This document shows positions 57,600 to 64,000 of a stretch of 64,000 nucleotides of DNA, in pieces (position 1 is the first letter of the stretch; each line of letters opens with the position of its first letter). Both the position numbers and the translations under genes were made by a program. The notes under the pieces were generated by a model. That model was not told where the DNA came from. It saw only the letters and a program-made list of their open reading frames with translations, and ran no database searches. The DNA comes from an uncultured Chloroflexia bacterium (lineage in GTDB: Bacteria; Chloroflexota; Limnocylindria; Limnocylindrales; CSP1-4). The stretch spans positions 1 through 64,000 of the forward strand of contig CAVTHS010000004.1 of NCBI GenBank assembly GCA_963734535.1, in the 5' to 3' direction.

Positions 57600-58885
57600 G
57601 CCTGGGAGCGACGCACCACCGCGGCCGCGTAGGCCTCCCGCGTTCCCCGCGCCACGTCCGCCCACGTGCGCCGCCCCGGGGCCGCGCGCTCGGCTGCGGC
57701 GGCGGCGATGGCGTGATGCACGCGCTCCTCGGTCCACGCCGCCCGCAGCGCCGAGGCCAGCCGGTCCGGGTCGCGCGGGGGCACGAGGAGACCGGCCGAT
57801 CCGACCGCCTCCGGCACCGCTCCGACCGCGCTCCCGACGATCGGCGTCCCGGTCGCGAGCGCGTCGAGGACCGGCAGCGCGGTCGCGTCCGCGAGCACCG
57901 GGTGGAGCGATGCTCGAGCGCCCGAGCGCAGCAGCGCGGCCCGCTCCGGGGCGAGGCCAGGAGCGAAGGCGAGCACATCGCCGATGCCCGCCTCGTACGC
58001 CTGGCGGGCGAGCGACGCGCGGTCATCGGGCGAGGCACCGAGCACGAGCACGCGCGGCGGCCACGCCACCGCCCGTGCGAGCCGGGCCGGCCGGCCGGCG
58101 GAGGCGAGGCGCCCGAGCGCCGCGAGCAACGTGCCGACGTCCTGCCGCGCGTCGTAGCGGCCCGGGTAGACGAAGTACCGCTCCGGCAGGCCGAACCGCT
58201 CACGCTCGGCGGCGAGGCGCGCCCGGGTCGCGTCGCCCTCCGGCGTGCCGGCGGCTTCCTGCGGGCGGAGCGCATCGTCGCCGGCGAGCGGCACGATGCG
58301 CACGTGCGCCGGACGCAGGCGGAGGAGGCGGACCGCCGCACCCGCCACCGCCTCGCTGCCCACCACCACGCAGGCCGCATCGCGCAGGAGCTGTGCCCGG
58401 AGCCGCTGCCCGAACCGGGCGGCCGGGGTCCGCTGGTACTGCTCCGGCAGCTCCCACGACGCGAGGTCGAGGAGCGTCGCGACCACCGGCAGGCCGGGGC
58501 CGATCGGGAGCGCCCCCGCGACGGCATGGGCGACTGTCCCGACGGCACCCGATGACGTGGCACCGCGACCCGCTCCCAGGCCGGCCCCGCGGACGAAGAA
58601 CGGGTCGAGCGTCAGCGCTCCCGAACGGAAGATCCGCGTCGGCGGGAGCCGGCGCCGGCCGGCGACCGCGAGGCCGGGGAACTCGGCGGTCGGATCCGCG
58701 GCCCCGAGGTCCAGGAGCGCCACGAATGACTCGCCGGCCAACGGCGTCGCGGCGTAGGCAGCCAGCAACCGTCGAAGGTACGCCGCGGTGACCGGTGCGC
58801 GGTCGGGATCCTGGAGCGGCCGGACGTCGATCAGGACGCGGGTGCCCGCCGGGTCCGCCGGGGCGGGGCCATCGCCCAGCCTCAT
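57596..58885 (-). CDS. Glycosyltransferase family 4 (divergent)
   Basis: IDVRPLQ, TLLDL, YPGRYDARQD, DATALPVLDALATGTP (acidic pair is D-x7-D rather than E-x7-E). Confidence 0.85.
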   Translation of the reverse strand: MRLGDGPAPADPAGTRVLIDVRPLQDPDRAPVTAAYLRRLLAAYAATPLAGESFVALLDLGAADPTAEFPGLAVAGRRRLPPTRIFRSGALTLDPFFVRGAGLGAGRGATSSGAVGTVAHAVAGALPIGPGLPVVATLLDLASWELPEQYQRTPAARFGQRLRAQLLRDAACVVVGSEAVAGAAVRLLRLRPAHVRIVPLAGDDALRPQEAAGTPEGDATRARLAAERERFGLPERYFVYPGRYDARQDVGTLLAALGRLASAGRPARLARAVAWPPRVLVLGASPDDRASLARQAYEAGIGDVLAFAPGLAPERAALLRSGARASLHPVLADATALPVLDALATGTPIVGSAVGAVPEAVGSAGLLVPPRDPDRLASALRAAWTEERVHHAIAAAAAERAAPGRRTWADVARGTREAYAAAVVRRSQA

Positions 58886-59725
58886 GGCGCGCGCCGGGGA
58901 CCCCGGCCCCTGATCTCGTCGAAGCGGAGCTGGCAGACCACCACCAGCGCCTCGACGACGATGCGACGGCTCATCTTGGACTGGCCGACACGCCGGTCGC
59001 GGAACGTGATCGGGACCTCGCGGATTCGGGCGCCCAGGCGGTTCGCGCGGTAGGTCATCTCGATCTGGAAGACATAGCCGCCCGCGTGGACGCCGTCGAA
59101 ATCGATGGCCGACAGGGCTCCCGCCCGCCATGCCTTGAAGCCCCCGGTGAGGTCACGGGCCGGCAGGCCGAGCACGAGACGGGCGAACAGGCTGCCGCCC
59201 CGGCTGATCACGCGGCGTGCGATTCCCCAGTCGACGACGCCGCCGCCGGGGGTGTACCGCGAGCCGATGACGAGGTCCGCCGAGCCCTCGACGACCGGCG
59301 CGAGGAGACCCGGCAGCGCGGCCGGGTCGTGGGACCAGTCGGCGTCCATCTGGAGCACCGCCGTCGCGCCGCTCTGGAGCGCGACGCGGAACCCGGCAAG
59401 GTAGGCCCGGCCCAGGCCGGCCTTCGCGGTCCGGTGGAGAACCCGAACGCGGGCGTCGGCCTCGCGCGAGCCGGTCCGCCATCTCCCCCGTTCCGTCCGG
59501 CGACCCGTCGTCGACGACGAGGAGCGTCGCGTCCGGGAGCGCGCCGAGGATCGCCGCTGCGATCGAGTCGAGGTTCTCCGCCTCGTCGTACGTGGGGAGG
59601 ATGATCCACGGCCCGGGCCGGGCCTCCGACGTCGCCGATCCGGACGCGGCCGGTGCCGATCCGGACACCGTCGATCCCGATCCCGGCATCGCCGGCGGCA
59701 CGGTGAGCGACTCGGCTTCCATCAT
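58882..59725 (-). CDS. Polyprenol monophosphomannose synthase (GT2), frameshift near 59460
   Basis: ILPTYDEAENL and VVDDGSPDGTG in one frame; QMDADWSHDP, GSRY, DLTGGFKAW and GYVFQIEM in another. Confidence 0.92.
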
Positions 59726-59756
59726 GGGCGCAGTGTAGGCGAGCCGGCCCCGCCGG

Positions 59757-59822
59757 CGGACGTGACCCTCTCGATGCCGCCGGACGTGACCCAATGCCGG
59801 ACGCGACGCCGCCGGACGTGAC
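59757..59822. repeat. Four direct copies of CGGACGYGAC in an intergenic region
   Basis: Copies start at 59757, 59781, 59798 and 59813. Confidence 0.75.
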
Positions 59823-59862
59823 GCCAGGGGTGCCGCGCGCCTGGCACGGCCTGGCAGCACGG

Positions 59863-62800
59863 CTACCGGACGGTCACGCTCAGCGTCGAGCTGTTCACGT
59901 GACGCAGGGCGTCGCGGGCAGCCAGGACGATCGTTGCCGGGCCCGGCGCGCTGGCGGCGACGGTGGCGCTCGCGCGGAACGAGCCGTCTGCCAGCTTCAC
60001 GACCGCCATCGCCGCGGGGGCGATGCCGGCCTGCCGGAGCGTCGCCTTCGGCAGGGCCGCGAGCGGCTCCGCCGAGCGGAACCGGACGGTCAGCGTGTCG
60101 CCCGCGGCGAGCGTCGTGGCCGAGAGCGTGCCGGTGAACGCATCGGCCACGATCGACCGGCGCAGCACGGTCGTGCCGTATGGACCGACCACGCTGAGCG
60201 CGGCGACGTAGGTCCCGCGCGGCGCCATCGCGCCGCCCGTGACCCGGCCGTCCCAGCGCCAGGTCCACGTCCCGGCAGCGCGGGCGGACCCGGTCATTGC
60301 GCGCCGGACAGTCGCGCCCGATGCGTCGAGGATCGCGAGCGTCACCTTGGCGGTTCGCGCCAGTCGGAACGAGAGCGTGCTCGTGGCGGCCAGGGAATCG
60401 CCGTCCTGCGGGAAGAACAGGCCCGGTGCGGTCCGCAGGAACCCGACCGTCCGGTCCACGAGGAGCGGTGCGCTGCTTGTCGCCCGGTTCCCCGACGCGT
60501 CCATCACGTCGAGGGTGAGCAGGTACCGTCCGTCGGGAGTGGCGCGGCCCGCCGCGTCGCGGCCGGTCCACGTGGCGGCCCCGGAGGTCCCGCTGAGCGC
60601 CCACGTCTTGATGACCGTCTTGCCGCGAAGGATCCGCAGCCAGCCGGTACCGGTCTCGCTCGCCGTCCAGGCCAGCCGGACGCTGTCCGCCGTCCCGTCC
60701 CCATCCGGGCTGAACGCGGGCGGCGTCGGCGTCAGGCTCAGCACGGGTGGCGTCGAGTCGACGACGACCGTCCAGGTCCGGGTCGCGGGGTTCCCGGCCG
60801 CGTCGAGAACCCCGAGCGTCAGACTGTACGAACCGTCCGCCACGACCGACCCGTCGTCCGCTCGGCCGTTCCAGGTCGCGGAGACGGTCGCGCCGGCACC
60901 TACCAGCGTCCTGACCGCCGGCCCGCCGGCGGCGGGAGCGACGACCAGCGACCAGCCGACGGCATCGGCGGAGCCGGTCCCGGTTGCGGTGACCGTCTCA
61001 TACCGGCCGTCGCCGTTCGGCGAGAGGCGCGTGCCGCTGATCGCCGGCCGGCCCAGCGTCGGCGGCGCGGTGTCGACGGTGATCCCGACCGCCGCTCGCA
61101 GGCCCGGCGTGACCGGGCTCGTGGCCGGCCACGTCACGTGGGACACCCGCGGCGGTGCCGACCAGCTGGAGGACGTAGCTTCCGTCGGGCACGCGCGCGC
61201 CGGCCAGCGTCCCGTCCCAGGTCGTCGCCTGCGCGCCTCCCGCCCGGTTGGCGGACAGGGGCAGCGAGCCAACGGGGCTCCCGTCCGGGCCGAAGACCCG
61301 GAGAGCCAGGCTGTCGAGCGTGCGCCCGTTCGTCCAGGCGATCGCGAGACGGTCCTTCGAGCCATCGCCGTTCGGGGAGAACGACCGGGCCGCGACCGCC
61401 GCAGGCCCCGCCCCGGTGCTCGCCGCGGGGCTCGGCGCCGACCCGAAGCGCATGCCGGCAAGGGTCGCCGCGACCGTCGTGCTGTTCGGGGCGGGGATTG
61501 CCACCATGTTCGAGGAGCCGTTGCCGCTTGCCGCGATCCAGGCGTTGGTGCGGACATACCCCGCCGGCTGCCACGCGGTGATCGGGCCGTTCACCTGGTA
61601 CCACGTGTACCCGTCGACGCTCGACGGGCCGCCGGTGATGGCGAAGACGTCGCCGCGTGCCGCCGAGCCGAGCCTGCGTCGCGGAGGTGCCCGGCGCGGA
61701 CCGGACGTTGAGCTGGGACGCGGTGACCCGGCCGAAGCCGCCGGCCGCGAGCACCGGGGCCGCCGCGTAGACACTCGTGACGTTCCAGCCGGAGAGGTTC
61801 CCCACGCCGTCGCGCGCGCGGACCCGGAACGAGTAGGCGTGCCCGTCGGCACCCAGCCAGACGTCGGTCGTGGCCTGCGTGCCCGAGATCCAGGGGAGCC
61901 ACGGGCCGCCGTCGGTGGAGACCTGGAGGTCGTACGACGCCACGCCGTGCCAGTCGTCGATCCCCGTCCAGCTCACGCCGAACCCCTCGTCGCCCTGCAC
62001 GGCCGGCAGCATCACGATCCCGGCCAGCGGCGGCGTCGTGTCGGTCAGGAACTTGTCGGCAAGGGCCTTGTACAGCTCGGGACGGGTGCCGTCGTAGCCG
62101 AGCGCCCAGATCCCGACCCCGCGGATCCCGGACAGGTTGACCATGTCGTAGCGGGCGCGCAAGCGTCTGCGCGTCGTCGTAGTAGAGCTGGCGCCAGGTC
62201 GTGGTGCAGCCGGCCGAGGTGCAGCTCTGCTTCCGGTAGGCCACCCAGGCCGAGACCTCCCGGTCGTCGTACCGACGCCCGTGCTGCGCGGCGAGCGCCA
62301 CCGCGCTGTCGTAGGTGACCGCCGTGGAGTAGCCGGCTGTCGCGCCGCTCTGCGTTCGTGCGTTTCTCGCGTCGGAGACCGTCGACCAGGCCCTGCCGTA
62401 GTACGGGATGCCCAGGATGATCCGGTTCGCGGGGACCCGGGCCAGGTACGCCTGCACGGTCTCGGTGAGGTCGTAGGCAGGACCGTCGAGCGGGTCGACC
62501 GAACCGGCGTTGGCGGAGCCGGCCGTCCGGTAGTCGTAGCCCATGACGAAGACGGCATCCGCGGCGGCCGGCCCCAGCGCCTGCTCGAGGGGGTAGTTGG
62601 CCGGCTGCCCGAGCGTGTCGAACGAGATGTGGTAGCCGGGACCGATCGCCTCGAAGCTGGCCCGGATCGCCCGGACCAGGGCCACGAACTCGTCCTCGTA
62701 TCCCTGCACGAGCGGCTCGAAGTCGAGGTTGATCCCGTCGGCCCCGCGATCGCGAACCGCCGCCACGGCCTGCCGGGCCAGGTTCGCCCGCGCGGTCGCA

Positions 62801-63695
62801 CTGCCCAGCAGCGCCTCCTGGATCGCCGCCTGGTTGTCCGTCCAGGCGAACACCGAGAGCGTGAGCGTGACGCGAGTCTTCGCGGCGTGGGCCGCGTTGA
62901 TGACGTCGGTCATGCTCGCGCTCGTCCAGCCGGCCCAGCCGTCGGACAGCGATCCATCGCTGTTGCGCTTCAGGAGGTTCCCCGCGCCGTCGACGCCCAG
63001 CGAGAAGTAGGCAACGTGGGAGAGCACGCTGAAGTTGAGCCGCGTGGACGGATCGGAGACCTCCCAGTAGGGCAGGAACCCGTAGACGTCGCGGCGGAGA
63101 CCGGTCGAGGCCGGCGCGTCGGCCGCACGGGCCGCGGGAATGGCCAGGCTGGTCCCGCGCGCCGGGAGTCGGGATGGGATCGGGCATCCCGGTGCCGCGG
63201 GCGTTTCCGGAACCGGCCGTCGCCGGCGCCCGGGGAGTGGACGACGCGGCGGGCGCAGGGGCATCGGCCATCTGCGTGCCGCTGAGGCGGCCGGCCGGCA
63301 GCGCGTGCGGCGCCCGCCCGCCGACCGTGTCTCCGTCACCGGGGCGAGGCGCGAAGCCCACGCTCACCCGGCCGCCGGGGACGAATGGCGTCCGGTCCCC
63401 GGCATGCTCCTGGGCATCGAGGTACATCTCGCTCGGGCCCTGGCCGGGCGTCGTGACGTACGGGCTGAGGTCGGGCCCCGTCGGAGCCTCGTCGGGCGTC
63501 GCAAGCGCCGGGACCTGCGTCCGGCATCGCCGGGGCCGCGTCGGGCATCGCGATCGCGGGGGCGGGTGCCGGCGGCTCGCCGAACCGGGCGGCGGCCGCC
63601 GGCGGAAGGAGCGAGGCCAGCATCGCCATACCCACAACCACGGCGGCGCCACGGCGGCGCGACGGCGAGCGGGCGGGGCGGCGTGCACGGATCAC
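59863..63695 (-). CDS. Large secreted GH18 hydrolase with FN3-like, SH3b-like and FlgD-like Ig domains; about five frameshifts
   Basis: Pieces across frames: signal region; VYGFLPYW, DGINLDFE, MGYDY, GIPYYG; GIWALGYD; YSFRVRARD; LNVRSAPG...DGYTWYQV; repeated FSPNGDG and W.G...G..V.DG.Y motifs. Confidence 0.85.
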
Positions 63696-63902
63696 GAGCG
63701 GTCCTCGTCGGCACCGGCACGGCGATCGTGGCGGCGCGATGTGGCGCTGATGTCGACCGGAGGGAGGGCACCGCCCCAGGAGACGACCTTCACGTCGATG
63801 GCTCGGGTCATGGTACGCCTCGCAGGACCCCGGACGACACCGACCCGAGGTCCTTCCACGAACGGGTGGGCCTGCGCCCCCCGGGCGCCCCTGCAGGGCG
63901 GC

Positions 63903-64000
63903 TCAGTGCAGCCGGTAGCCGATGCTCGCGCCGGCGGCCCGGCCGAACCGGTCCACGCCGGACACCCGGACGGTCACGGCGCCGGCAGGTCCGGCCGCGA
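63903..64000 (-). CDS. 3' end of an upstream gene (partial), Ig-like terminal strands
   Basis: Translates ...AAGPAGAVTVRVSGVDRFGRAAGASIGYRLH-stop. Confidence 0.55.
   Translation of the reverse strand, partial: AAGPAGAVTVRVSGVDRFGRAAGASIGYRLH

Noticed and set aside
59757-59822. CRISPR array interpretation of the short repeats
   Set aside because: Repeats are 10 bp with irregular 5-14 nt gaps and there are no cas genes.
63696-63900. Riboswitch upstream of the GH18 gene
   Set aside because: No recognisable aptamer motif; only a -10-like TACCAT and a short hairpin.
10-64000. Many long Arg/Pro/Gly-rich ORFs in the six-frame track (e.g. 10-1794 +, 21933-23984 +, 50522-53017 +)
   Set aside because: Shadow ORFs antisense or out of frame to recognisable genes, expected in very GC-rich DNA.

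Overview
Very GC-rich, gene-dense bacterial DNA. The gene repertoire suggests Chloroflexota, possibly Limnocylindria (inference, not verified). Three zones: (1) ~1-20 kb is an accessory cluster of small stress- and membrane-type genes (CorA, AI-2E, Fpg/Nei, dps remnant, YggT, XRE regulator, GlsB, DAG-kinase-like, two PAP2, PhoD-like, SRPBCC, GH3, hemerythrin, DUF6582-like, YihY). (2) ~20-37 kb holds etfB-etfA-acyl-CoA dehydrogenase, a Crp/Fnr gene convergent with a cyclase-STAND gene, a transglutaminase-like lipoprotein with an Lgt paralogue, an AlkZ-like gene and PPIase-mazG-rph-rdgB. (3) ~37-64 kb is a surface-glycan locus (wzm/wzt, five GT4, GT-C enzymes, a WbpA/B/E/D/I-like sugar pathway, polyprenol-P-mannose synthase) followed by a large secreted GH18 protein. 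The main finding is a recurring promoter architecture at 12 promoters in zone 1: a quasi-palindrome TTGC-N9-GCAA(Y) whose right half lies 43-44 nt upstream of a mostly non-canonical -10 hexamer, often with a second GGCAAN half-site 11 nt before the -10. This looks like a regulon that I cannot assign to a known regulator. Several genes carry frameshifts that may be sequencing errors. I saw no rRNA, tRNA, CRISPR array or transposase. All family calls come from motif recognition by eye.
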